IMG/VR virus record: IMGVR_UViG_3300030019_000003
Coordinates: 186,001-250,000 of that record
Reading direction: 5' to 3' (one strand)
Length of the DNA stretch: 64,000 nucleotides
The notes below the pieces were generated by a model. The model was given only the letters and a program-made list of their open reading frames with translations, was not told where the DNA came from and did no database searches. Below, in pieces: positions 30,624 through 40,605 of the stretch (position 1 is the stretch's first letter; each line of letters opens with the position of its first letter). The translations under genes and the position numbers were made by a program.

Positions 30624-32822
30624 TTAGTTGCTAGTTGATGTAAGATCAGATGCACGATATACACCTGTGTTATAGACTTGTTTAGTCTTAATAACATTAC
30701 CATAAAGCTTACATATAGCATGCCAACTGTAACCTCTGGCTGTGTCATTGTCGTCAATATAGACAACAGGAACAACAGTAAATAAGCTTCCGAACACATC
30801 TTTTAACTCTTTGTTGTAATCCGCTTTAACTTTATCTATGAACTCAGCATCTGTTAGTTTTGTACTACCAGTATTCATACGCCAAACTTTATCACTTGTT
30901 TTAGCTAACACTGTTAATGCAAAAGAACCCCACCAGCTATTTAACACTGAGGTATCATCACTGTAGACAGTTTGCCATGCAGCAACATGATAAGATGATC
31001 TGTCATAAGGTTGTGCATAAACAAGACCGTTATTCCATAATGTTGTTTTATAAGACTCAGGAATATCTTCAGGTTTGTAATTGATGATATAATCTAACTT
31101 AGCTTTAGGAGCTGTATCAAAAAGTTCGTCGATTTTCCATAGTCCATTAGAGGCACCCATCATAGCTGCGTTTTTAACAGCAAGTTCATAAGTCAATGGT
31201 ACCAAATTGGTATAGTCAGAATTTTTAATATTACCTTCACCCAGACAAATGATACATCTCGCAACACTTGTTCCAAAATAGGTTGACTCTGGAGCTAACA
31301 TCAAACGAGTTTCCAAGGCTGTTCCAATAGCAGCAGCATCTGTTAGTGATTGGTATTTTTCACCCATAGAGGCAAGATAGGTTGCTAATGCTACAGCAGT
31401 ATCTTTACGTACAGTGATATAGTTAATCATAGCCATTTTAATAGGCAAAGAGAAACCTGAATCGTACATAATAGAATCGACATTGATAGCCGTATCCATA
31501 ACACCCGTATCATCAGAATCTAAATAACGTTTTAACTCAACAGCAAAAGCATCTTCAAATGCTTGGTCTGTTAATGTACCATCGTCGCTACCTGATAAAT
31601 AAATAGGTGTTGAACCTGAGAATTGTACTTCAGCTTGAGTACCTGTTAATGTAGAACTTTCAGTATCTTTACTAATTGTAAAATACTGTACAGCCGTAGA
31701 TGATTTACATACGAATGGATTCATTAAGTAAATATCATTTATAATTGCTGTAGCATCCGTAGTTGTAAAATCAAACCATGATGAAGATGCTGCATTGATG
31801 CCGTCGTTCCATGCTGCAGGTGTATTGCTAAGATACTTAACTTCTTCATTAACAAAAAGTTTAAGAGCAGTTTCAAAGTTACTTCTGTAGAAATACAACC
31901 CATCATACTCTTTATATGCAATACGTTTTGTTTTATCTGTTTCGTTAAACCATAAGTTTTTAAACACACTCTCAAAGTCAATCTTACCATTAGTAGCAGG
32001 GTGAATAGCTTTCTCTTTTAAAGAAATTATTACTGAGGTTTCACCTGATAATGTTCTAACATTAATAGGGCTGCTGTTTTCAGTTACTTTGTTAACAAGA
32101 TACAAACCATAAGGTAATGCTTTTGTTTTAGAAATGATTGTAGTATCAGCATCCGAATTATACATCGTTGTTAAACCAAAACCATTAAGATTATAACCTG
32201 AACCTTTTTCAGAAGCTCTTGCCTCATAGATAGGAACCATAATGGATTGATTCGTACCATCTGTCATGGTACCTGTTTTAGATTTTTTAAGACCTAGAGG
32301 TACGCTATCAGGATCAAATGTAATTTTACCACTAACATCTTTAGCATAAGTATCATACTCAGAGATGTACTTAATCTTATAACCTTTAATAGTAGGCGTT
32401 GTAGGGTCTACTTTATAGGCTCCTGTTGAAGAATCTGCTACAAGATCACCTGTAGAGGTTCTAAGGTAATTAGGAACATCTGTATAGAGATAATCCATAT
32501 AGACAGTTACATTAGCTTTTGGACCTGCATCTAAAGATACAAGACGTAGCCCCATAACAATATTACCTTGGTTAAAAAGACCTTCTATAAAAGGTGTTTG
32601 ATGGTGATAAAACTTACCTGATTTATCAATAGCTGCATCTGTTGCGGCTAATCTAAATTTGTCCGATGTGAAAATCGTACGTTTAGTAGGGCCCTTAGGT
32701 GCTCTATAGACAACCCACGGCATGTGCGTTGGAATATCCTCTTCCGTAGCAAGTACCGTCCTTGGACTTTGATCATCAGCACCCAAATTAACAGAACCAG
32801 GCGTAGCGCTATAATAGCTCAT
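30624..32822 (-). CDS. Tail sheath protein (phiKZ gp29-like)
   Basis: 732 aa; GADDQS, PTHMPWV...APKGP, PIYLSGSDDG, YDSGFSL, PESTYFGTSVAR and RGYSWH. Confidence 0.88.
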   Translation of the reverse strand: MSYYSATPGSVNLGADDQSPRTVLATEEDIPTHMPWVVYRAPKGPTKRTIFTSDKFRLAATDAAIDKSGKFYHHQTPFIEGLFNQGNIVMGLRLVSLDAGPKANVTVYMDYLYTDVPNYLRTSTGDLVADSSTGAYKVDPTTPTIKGYKIKYISEYDTYAKDVSGKITFDPDSVPLGLKKSKTGTMTDGTNQSIMVPIYEARASEKGSGYNLNGFGLTTMYNSDADTTIISKTKALPYGLYLVNKVTENSSPINVRTLSGETSVIISLKEKAIHPATNGKIDFESVFKNLWFNETDKTKRIAYKEYDGLYFYRSNFETALKLFVNEEVKYLSNTPAAWNDGINAASSSWFDFTTTDATAIINDIYLMNPFVCKSSTAVQYFTISKDTESSTLTGTQAEVQFSGSTPIYLSGSDDGTLTDQAFEDAFAVELKRYLDSDDTGVMDTAINVDSIMYDSGFSLPIKMAMINYITVRKDTAVALATYLASMGEKYQSLTDAAAIGTALETRLMLAPESTYFGTSVARCIICLGEGNIKNSDYTNLVPLTYELAVKNAAMMGASNGLWKIDELFDTAPKAKLDYIINYKPEDIPESYKTTLWNNGLVYAQPYDRSSYHVAAWQTVYSDDTSVLNSWWGSFALTVLAKTSDKVWRMNTGSTKLTDAEFIDKVKADYNKELKDVFGSLFTVVPVVYIDDNDTARGYSWHAICKLYGNVIKTKQVYNTGVYRASDLTSTSN

Positions 32823-32871
32823 GATTACTCCTTATTAAAATTTAAAATATTTCATAGAATACTGTGGAATT

Positions 32872-34677
32872 TTATTTGAAAACCAGTGTTATAAGCTCAT
32901 TTTCTTTATCTTCCCAAAACTCTTTATAGTTATAGCGTATAAGCCCTATGTCACCATTTAGAAATGATAATGATGTTGTAGGTACCTTATCTTTTTCAAA
33001 GACATACGGTACTTCTGTAAAAAGTGATGTTTGATAATTGAAATGTAACATTGAATTTTCAGTCTCAGGTTTATACGATGTTTTATAAATAAGAACATCA
33101 CCATTAATAAGTTTAACAGATTTAAGCTCCCTATTAACAAACGTATTAGGGTAAGTACTAACACCTTCAGTAACAAGATTATCTTGTATATCATAAAGAT
33201 AGTTAGTATAATCTCCACCTATGATTAGTATCCTACCACCACTTACTCTAAAGATGATACCTGTGTTCATATTAGCATTAGGAACTACAAGAAGATCTAC
33301 CATTGTAGCAGTAACAATGTTATATTTACGTAGCGTATTTAATCCTACTGGTAAATAGATAAACTCGGTATCAGATACCCACACGATAGCATTTGTTTTA
33401 CCAATACCTATAGTTTCATCATTTCTACTATAAGTAGATATAAGAGTTGCCGTATTAGTTCCTCTATTATAAGTATAATGTAAAAAACAAGGATGACCAC
33501 TACCATTATCTGTATCAATAAGTAAGTTATCACCTGGCAAAACCTTAATATAGGTATTATCAACATTGGTAGAAAGTAAACTCAATCCTATAACAATACC
33601 TTTATTTTCATACAGCCCCGTAGTTGTGTTTAAAACAAATCTTGATACTGTCTTATTGCCATAAATAGGTACTAAAATAGTACTATTAGGTAACTCCTCT
33701 GATACTGTTCCGTTAGGAACAAATGTTTGATCCATGAAAGCACTAGCTGCTACTGTATCCGTATAGTTAAAACTGGGATCATTAACATCGATCTCTTTAC
33801 CTTTTTGAACACTAAGTTTCTTAGTAGTAAAAGACAGGTCTCCATTACTATTTCTAGCATTAATAACAAGATTAAAAACATAATTAGGATTAAGAACATA
33901 CCAGGGTATTGTTATAAAGTCATCCTCTTGAAGAATCTTGTTGTAATAGGTTTGTCCTGTGCTGGCTTCGTTAACATCAATGCTGACGATACCATTACTG
34001 ATATTAGCATTAATTTTATTAAAGACAACCTTTAAATCTTTTAAAGGAATAACTTGTTCTAGATTGGTACCAAGCTCAAAGTTATAACTTGTAAGTTCTA
34101 TAATAGCTGTACCAACTGGACTCTCAACACCTAACATAGAGATATGAATACATGAGAATTTAAGAACATTCTTATTAAGCATATCACTTGTTTTAGTAAT
34201 CGTTATACTTTCTAAATTTGTACCTACGGATTTAGTATAAAAAAGTACATCGTCATTTCCATCTCTAATGATCCATATCGAACCTTGCTGGGCATCATTA
34301 CCTTTATACTTTGAAGAAGTAACTGTAAATGAAACAGCATCTGATAAGACATCATCTTTGCTTACATTTACTGTAGGGGTAATGATCTCAATTTCATCTT
34401 CTAACAGTATTGTTGACTCTGGTGAATCTGTACCAAGTGTTTTTCTATATGCCGTAGTATAATCATAGCTTGGTGTATCAAAATGTCTGATAGCCCTACC
34501 ATACCATACTTCACCTGCAGGAACATTTAGATTATAAGTAGAAAGGTTTAATTTAGTTGTAGATTTTTCATCTACTATAAGCACAGCAAAATCAGTATCT
34601 CTTGATACCTGCCACGTGGTGGCAATTTGTACCTCTCCGGATACGGGAACATATTGCTTTAATCGTAATACAAGCAT
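32872..34677 (-). CDS. Putative virion protein with Ig/FN3-like N-terminus and beta-propeller-like C-terminus
   Basis: ATTWQVSRDTDF and SIWII beta motifs; C-terminal repeats such as L.GGRILIIGG and LINGDVLI. Confidence 0.55.
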   Translation of the reverse strand: MLVLRLKQYVPVSGEVQIATTWQVSRDTDFAVLIVDEKSTTKLNLSTYNLNVPAGEVWYGRAIRHFDTPSYDYTTAYRKTLGTDSPESTILLEDEIEIITPTVNVSKDDVLSDAVSFTVTSSKYKGNDAQQGSIWIIRDGNDDVLFYTKSVGTNLESITITKTSDMLNKNVLKFSCIHISMLGVESPVGTAIIELTSYNFELGTNLEQVIPLKDLKVVFNKINANISNGIVSIDVNEASTGQTYYNKILQEDDFITIPWYVLNPNYVFNLVINARNSNGDLSFTTKKLSVQKGKEIDVNDPSFNYTDTVAASAFMDQTFVPNGTVSEELPNSTILVPIYGNKTVSRFVLNTTTGLYENKGIVIGLSLLSTNVDNTYIKVLPGDNLLIDTDNGSGHPCFLHYTYNRGTNTATLISTYSRNDETIGIGKTNAIVWVSDTEFIYLPVGLNTLRKYNIVTATMVDLLVVPNANMNTGIIFRVSGGRILIIGGDYTNYLYDIQDNLVTEGVSTYPNTFVNRELKSVKLINGDVLIYKTSYKPETENSMLHFNYQTSLFTEVPYVFEKDKVPTTSLSFLNGDIGLIRYNYKEFWEDKENELITLVFK

Positions 34678-34731
34678 GGTGCTTCTCCTTAGTTCAATTC
34701 ATTTAAGTGAATTTTATCTTAAGGAGTAGGG

Positions 34732-35145
34732 ATGTTTGATATGATAAAAAAGTATAGGGATATGGCCGTAGCTATTATTATAACTGCCGCTATTATAGGT
34801 GTTGGAGGAGGTATTATTTACAAATATCTTAGCCTGACTGGGGAGATAGAAAAACTGAATAAAGCTGCTACAACTAAGGATCTTGATATCTCTAGACTTA
34901 ATGAAAAAGTGGGCGCACTCACTGCTTCTAAACTAGCATTAGAAAAATCACTTGATGATCAAAATACTGAGCTTCAAAAGCGACAAGTTAATATTGATGA
35001 AAGAGATGCAGAGATTCAAAAACTTAGAGATATGACGACAGCTCAACGTTATGGTGCTGATAGTAATATAACAAAAGCCTATAATGATACTGAAATACAT
35101 TCTAAACTCAGAACAATAGCAGGAATAAAATATGAAGATCTTTAA
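34732..35145 (+). CDS. Inner-membrane spanin (Rz-like)
   Basis: N-terminal TM segment plus long coiled coil; overlaps a lipoprotein gene by 14 nt. Confidence 0.75.
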   Translation: MFDMIKKYRDMAVAIIITAAIIGVGGGIIYKYLSLTGEIEKLNKAATTKDLDISRLNEKVGALTASKLALEKSLDDQNTELQKRQVNIDERDAEIQKLRDMTTAQRYGADSNITKAYNDTEIHSKLRTIAGIKYEDL

Positions 35146-35443
35146 TCTTATAGCGTTCAGCATCGCTATTTTAACCATGCTTATAGGTTGTGGAGCAAAA
35201 CAACAACCGGATACTGTTTACTTAACTAACACTAAGAAGGTATACATTCCAGTATACTGTAACACTAGAGTTAAAGTAAAATGTGAATTTAATAATCCTG
35301 AGGATACTAAAGTAATTGATGGAATGTTGACATGTATCATAAGTCAAAAAGACGTCATATCGGCATGTAGTGAAGATAAACTACGTAAGCATGTCGATGA
35401 CCTTATAGCAAAAGATAAAGAAGATGATAATACTACTAAGTAG
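35132..35443 (+). CDS. Outer-membrane lipoprotein spanin (Rz1-like)
   Basis: Signal peptide with lipobox LIG-C; KVYIPVYC; additional Cys residues. Confidence 0.78.
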   Translation: MKIFNLIAFSIAILTMLIGCGAKQQPDTVYLTNTKKVYIPVYCNTRVKVKCEFNNPEDTKVIDGMLTCIISQKDVISACSEDKLRKHVDDLIAKDKEDDNTTK

Positions 35444-35467
35444 TCCCATATGGGACTACTTAGTAGT
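35432..35467. terminator. Perfect 36-bp palindrome overlapping the o-spanin stop
   Basis: ACTACTAAGTAGTCCCAT|ATGGGACTACTTAGTAGT. Confidence 0.82.
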
Positions 35468-35478
35468 TATGTTTTTTT

Positions 35479-36450
35479 TTATGCTGGTTCTGATGTTGGT
35501 TTAAATTGCTTATAAAGTCTTTCGAGTTCACTGTAGACATAGTCACCGGTAATATCTTCTTTAGAGTCAACAATCTCTAAGAGATAAACGTTGTCTTCAA
35601 CATCTCCCCAAAGTTTAGTATACTCTTGTGTTTTATAACCGTTGTCTTGTCTAAACTTATTAAGCATGTGTTTACCGATGTAAAGTTTATATAAAGAATT
35701 GAAATTAAATCCTTTATACTCTTTACCTAAGATAACACAAAGTGCCAAGAATCTTACAAGTAGGTTATCTGTATCATAAGTGTAGAAGCTAAGTTGTTTT
35801 AACAACATAACGATTCTTGATTTAGTATCGGTCACTTCATTATAGAAACCCTGTAGTAGGATATCAACCTCACTTCTTAATGTCTTAATAGATTCTTTTG
35901 TTACAAGACCCTCTATCACCTCGTCAATCTTGCTATTATAAGTTAGCCTATCAACAGGTGTGTATGTTGTTGTTAGCATGATATGATTTTGCAGATAATT
36001 AAGATCTCTTATTTTTAGAGATTTATAGTAATTATCAATAAGAATACTCATACCAAAATGAATACTGTCAACAATCTCCATACGAAGGTTAGACACATTG
36101 ACATGACCATCTATATTAGCCCAATGTTTCCAAGGGAAACAATCTAATGACTCAAACAGCTCACCTTTAAAAGCAGCAACCCAATCTATGACTCTGTTTT
36201 CTTTTGTATAACCTTCAAGCCATACTTCACCATTGGTTGTAAAGTTTAGACTGGCTTGTAGTCTAAATAAGGATACTACCTTTTGAAAGAAATCGCCACA
36301 CTCTTCAACATCAGCGATGCACTCTACTTCTTCTAATACAGGTTCAACATATAAGGTAGTTGTACCTGTATTGTCAATTTCATTTTGAGCAATTGTTTCA
36401 TTTGATAAGCCACGTACTGCAGCTTCTTCTTCACTTGTTAACATAATCAT
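35479..36450 (-). CDS. Dimeric all-alpha dUTPase (dUTPase_2 family) with N-terminal extension
   Basis: ELFESLDCFPWKHW, EIVDSIHF, YIGKHMLNKFRQDNGYK and EDN motifs, as in the C. jejuni-type enzyme. Confidence 0.88.
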   Translation of the reverse strand: MIMLTSEEEAAVRGLSNETIAQNEIDNTGTTTLYVEPVLEEVECIADVEECGDFFQKVVSLFRLQASLNFTTNGEVWLEGYTKENRVIDWVAAFKGELFESLDCFPWKHWANIDGHVNVSNLRMEIVDSIHFGMSILIDNYYKSLKIRDLNYLQNHIMLTTTYTPVDRLTYNSKIDEVIEGLVTKESIKTLRSEVDILLQGFYNEVTDTKSRIVMLLKQLSFYTYDTDNLLVRFLALCVILGKEYKGFNFNSLYKLYIGKHMLNKFRQDNGYKTQEYTKLWGDVEDNVYLLEIVDSKEDITGDYVYSELERLYKQFKPTSEPA

Positions 36451-36474
36451 CCTTCTTAGTGTTTAATCATTTAT

Positions 36475-36993
36475 TTACAGGTTAATAAAATATTCTTTTA
36501 CAGGATTAATCTCAGAGACTATTGCGTGTGTTCTTACTGTTCCGTTAGCCTGTATATATTTAGACATGTTTTCTTCATGTATCCACACATTAACAGTTCC
36601 TGATGTGTCATATTCAGACGGTCTAGTTGATATGAATGTCCAACCTTTTTTCTTAAGTAGTTTTTCTAATACGGGATTAGACGTTGTTAATTCATGTACA
36701 GTAGTATTGCTCACGACCCAATCTAATAACTTGCTGGCATAACCTCTATCTCTAAATGGATAGTAAACTATAAAACCAAATAAGGTAACATCTGAAAAAC
36801 AAAATCTTGCTACACAATAATCTCTACATCCTGCTACACGATCATGAACCTCTACAAAATTAAGAGTTCCCCAGTTACCCATACCGTATAAACTTTCATC
36901 TTCAATAACGCTCACAGGATCAGTTCTTTCAGAATAGCCTGTTTTTAATAACCAATCATAACCATCTACACTATTTTGAACACAGAGCCTCAT
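36475..36993 (-). CDS. GNAT-family acetyltransferase
   Basis: IVYYPFRDRGYASKLL (V.P..R.+G.A) and LLKKKGW. Confidence 0.7.
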   Translation of the reverse strand: MRLCVQNSVDGYDWLLKTGYSERTDPVSVIEDESLYGMGNWGTLNFVEVHDRVAGCRDYCVARFCFSDVTLFGFIVYYPFRDRGYASKLLDWVVSNTTVHELTTSNPVLEKLLKKKGWTFISTRPSEYDTSGTVNVWIHEENMSKYIQANGTVRTHAIVSEINPVKEYFINL

Positions 36994-37119
36994 AGGTATC
37001 CTTTTAGTATAATCTATTTAATTATACGTATGTTATATTTTAATAATGGTTAATGATATATTATTTAACTAATAACCTATAACTAGTTAAGTTACAAGTA
37101 TAACCCCAAAGGAATAAAT

Positions 37120-37569
37120 ATGAAAGATATTAACAAGCTAACTTCACAAAGAGTTGATGAACTTTACACTACCTGTCTATCTCAGAGTGAAGAAAACACT
37201 GCTGTAACTATTAAAGGTATTATACTATCAGCAACATTCTCTGTAGCTAATCTGAATGCTGTTAAAGAGGATATTGTAGAATTGATCATGCAGTTACCAG
37301 AAGGTGCCTTTAAAGGTTCAAAAGATAATGGTCTGTCATTCTTAACATTGTGTCATGATAAAGATGAAGAACAATGGACGTCTTTTCACGCATGTGTAGA
37401 AAGGCTTATGATGCTAGCTATGTGTATTCAACGTTGTGTGTTCTTGATGCCTAGAAATATGTGGAAGGTTCTACCAGGCGGGCTACCATACTTATTATTT
37501 AATACTGAGGACTTCACCAGTAATGAAATGTGTGCGTGTTCTGATCTTGAAAATGAACTTTCAAAATGA
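37120..37569 (+). CDS. Conserved phage hypothetical protein
   Basis: QWT..H..VERLM.L...MPRNMWKVLPGGLPY motif; AAGGA RBS. Confidence 0.7.
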   Translation: MKDINKLTSQRVDELYTTCLSQSEENTAVTIKGIILSATFSVANLNAVKEDIVELIMQLPEGAFKGSKDNGLSFLTLCHDKDEEQWTSFHACVERLMMLAMCIQRCVFLMPRNMWKVLPGGLPYLLFNTEDFTSNEMCACSDLENELSK

Positions 37570-37572
37570 TAG

Positions 37573-37605
37573 CTAACTAGGTAACCACGATGGTTACCTA
37601 GTTAG
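37573..37605. terminator. 15-bp stem hairpin
   Basis: CTAACTAGGTAACCA-cga-TGGTTACCTAGTTAG. Confidence 0.8.
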
Positions 37606-38121
37606 ATTTATACTACTTTTTTTACTCTATTTAACAACAAGGTTCCCCCATTCAGTCGGGGAGCTAACGCTCCCCTCCTCCCCCTCCAAAAAAAAGATTA
37701 TTATATATACGGTTTTTTATTCTTATCTTTACTCTTTTTAATTCACTCATTTCATTCGTTCATTAAAAAGGATTTTTGATCAAATTTTATTTTTTTTTGT
37801 TTTTAGTACGTATGATGTAGATAAGCTATAGACAAGATATATTAAAATATTTAACTATTATTTTTTTAATAATAGTTATGTTTTATAAAAGTAACAAATA
37901 GATACGTAAGTATCTTATATAAAATAAAAAACTAAAATATACTATTTTAGTGAGTATGTATATGTATGTGTTACCACCTTGTAAAGTTGATTTTGGGATT
38001 TTTGAGATACATACTCACCTTTTATCTACTAGTAGAGTTTTTGGACTCTACTAGTAGTGAGAGGAGTATCAAAATTTGATTATTAAAATATTAAGTAGAT
38101 AAGACTATTAAGGGTACGATT
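37606..38121. other. Long AT-rich non-coding region with clustered inverted repeats
   Basis: No ORF; inverted repeats at about 37660-37677, 37734-37770, 37852-37878, 37950-38018 and 38026-38057. Confidence 0.6.
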
Positions 38122-40584
38122 ATGACCATTACTAAATTGATACTCTCAGGGTATAAGAGATTATTTTTAAATACAATAGAGGTACTAGAATTTACACCTG
38201 TTAACATCGTTAATATTATACTAGGTGCTAATGGTTCTGGTAAGTCTTCTTTACTTTATATGTTGAATCCTTTACCAGCTGACTTAAAGAAAGACTTTAA
38301 AGAAGATGGTTATAAGTATATAGAGATAGATCATCATAACAAAAAGTACATACTATCCTCTGGAATGATTACTAAAAATAAACATAGTTTCAAATGTGAT
38401 GATATTGAATACAATGAAGGTGGTACCCGTAAGGTACAACTAGAACTAGTAAGAGAACATTTTAATATTACTAATGATATTAATAATATTTTGATCGGTA
38501 ACGTTAACTTCTCTAGTATGGGGCTACAAGAACGTAAATATTGGTTCTCAGAACTTAGCACGATAGATTACAAGTTTCCTATTAGTGTTTATAATAGTTT
38601 AAAACAAAGAGAACGAGATATACTAGGTGGTATAAAACTATCTCAAGAACAGCTTATAAAAGCTGAGACGAATATACTATCACAGGAAGGCTTAGATAAG
38701 CTTATAACGGATAGTGTTATGCTAGAGAAGTATATTGATCATTGTGTGTCATTATACGATCACAGCGTTGCTGTACACGGAACGAGTCATACTTTAGAAA
38801 GTATACGTGAAGCGAATACTACTGTTAGATATATCATGAAGAATTTGAATACAAATGAAAGTTTAGAAGATATACGAAACAAGATACACTATTTTACAGA
38901 ATATGAAAAAACTCTTAAAGACAAATTAATAACGATCAATAATGATATTCATACCTTAGAAGACAGTTACTGCCCTATTGATAATCTAAAAGAGGCTGAG
39001 GATGCTAAGAAGGACTATTTAGATAAACTTGATGAATTAAAAAATAACATGTTTATAGCCATACCTCTTAACACTATAGAATCAGTTATCACTTCGTATA
39101 ACTTTATCATAAATGATGTACTAGGATGTTTTAATCAATTATCCGATTATAGCAGTTACGATAGTAGCAAAGATAACATAGAGTTATTAATGATTAAGAG
39201 AACTAACCTTGCAAGAGAACTCAAGGTTATCTTAACAGAAATAACAATATTAACAGCTGAACAGAATATGATTATTAAATCTAAGCAAGAGGATAATCTT
39301 GTTAAATGTGGTAATTGTAATCATGAGTGGTATTTAGGATATGACGAGAATAAATTAAACAGTATCCTAAAGAGATTAAAGAAGATAGAAGAGGATAAAG
39401 AGATTAAAGAAAAAGAATCTTTAATCTTAGAAGAACTCTACACTTCAATAGTAGCTAAAGCAGAGATTATAAATAACATTAAACATCTCATAAGTTCTAA
39501 CACATACTTAAAAGAAATATGGTCTTATGTTTTTAATCGACATAATATTCATAAGGATAGTCCATCTGTTTTTGTAAGCGATCTTAATAAGATAAGTGGT
39601 ATGCTTGAACAGTGTAAAGAGTATAGTAACTTTGAAAAACATTTATGGGAACTAGAGAAGAATATTTTACTTTTAAGAGATGTTAATAAGGCTAAGGATG
39701 ATGTTATTTCTATACGAGTAGCAACACTTGAAAAAGAGCTTATCTCTATAACAACTAAACTTACTCAAAATAGTAATGACCTAAGGGCCTATTCTACTAT
39801 ACTAATCTTAAAAGAGAAGTTATATACTACTCGAAAAGATCTTGTTACTATGATCCGTAAGTATCGTAAAGAGATAGAAAATGAGATCATCATAGAGAGG
39901 AATAAAACACTCTCTGAATTAGTGACACATTTAAAATCAGAACTGGTTGGCATCCTTCAAACGATTAACACTTCTAAACAACTCGTTAGAGACACAGAAA
40001 TGGTCAAAAAACGATTAGAAGAGTATAAGCTTAGGGATAAGGTGTTAAGTCATTTATTAAAGGCTCTATCCCCTTCTGAGGGTATCATTGCTAAAAGTAT
40101 TAATAGTTTCTTAAATGTCTTTATAACTGAAATGAATCATATTATTAATTCAGTATGGAGTTATAGTATGATCTTGTTACCTTGTGAGGTAACAGAAGAA
40201 AATGATTTAGATTATAAATTCAGAGTAAGAGTAAATAATACCGATACTATTGAAGATATTAGTAAGTTATCAACCTCCATGCAAGAGATTGTTAACTTAG
40301 CGTTTAAAATAGTCTTTGTTAAATATCTTAAGATAGCAGATACACCATTATTCCTAGATGAGTTTGGTAGGACTATGGATCCAGCACATCGTATCAGTGC
40401 TTATAATGTTGTTGATAGGATCTTAAGTAGTAACTTTAGCCAGATATTTATAGTCTCACATTTTGAGAGTATGTACGGTAGATTTGCTAATGCGGATATT
40501 TCTGTTCTCGATCCTAAGAATTTAGAACTCAATCCAGACGTATCTTATAACACGGTATTAAAAATAAACCATAGTAAGAGATAA
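38122..40584 (+). CDS. sbcC: SbcC/Rad50-like SMC ATPase (phiKZ gp165-like)
   Basis: Walker A GANGSGKS, zinc hook CGNC in a long coiled coil, signature LSTSMQ and Walker B FLDE. Confidence 0.9.
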   Translation: MTITKLILSGYKRLFLNTIEVLEFTPVNIVNIILGANGSGKSSLLYMLNPLPADLKKDFKEDGYKYIEIDHHNKKYILSSGMITKNKHSFKCDDIEYNEGGTRKVQLELVREHFNITNDINNILIGNVNFSSMGLQERKYWFSELSTIDYKFPISVYNSLKQRERDILGGIKLSQEQLIKAETNILSQEGLDKLITDSVMLEKYIDHCVSLYDHSVAVHGTSHTLESIREANTTVRYIMKNLNTNESLEDIRNKIHYFTEYEKTLKDKLITINNDIHTLEDSYCPIDNLKEAEDAKKDYLDKLDELKNNMFIAIPLNTIESVITSYNFIINDVLGCFNQLSDYSSYDSSKDNIELLMIKRTNLARELKVILTEITILTAEQNMIIKSKQEDNLVKCGNCNHEWYLGYDENKLNSILKRLKKIEEDKEIKEKESLILEELYTSIVAKAEIINNIKHLISSNTYLKEIWSYVFNRHNIHKDSPSVFVSDLNKISGMLEQCKEYSNFEKHLWELEKNILLLRDVNKAKDDVISIRVATLEKELISITTKLTQNSNDLRAYSTILILKEKLYTTRKDLVTMIRKYRKEIENEIIIERNKTLSELVTHLKSELVGILQTINTSKQLVRDTEMVKKRLEEYKLRDKVLSHLLKALSPSEGIIAKSINSFLNVFITEMNHIINSVWSYSMILLPCEVTEENDLDYKFRVRVNNTDTIEDISKLSTSMQEIVNLAFKIVFVKYLKIADTPLFLDEFGRTMDPAHRISAYNVVDRILSSNFSQIFIVSHFESMYGRFANADISVLDPKNLELNPDVSYNTVLKINHSKR

Positions 40585-40605
40585 CCCATATGGGTTATCT
40601 CTTAC
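40574..40605. terminator. Perfect 32-bp palindrome encoding the C-termini of both convergent genes
   Basis: GTAAGAGATAACCCAT|ATGGGTTATCTCTTAC; both proteins end KR-stop. Confidence 0.82.
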
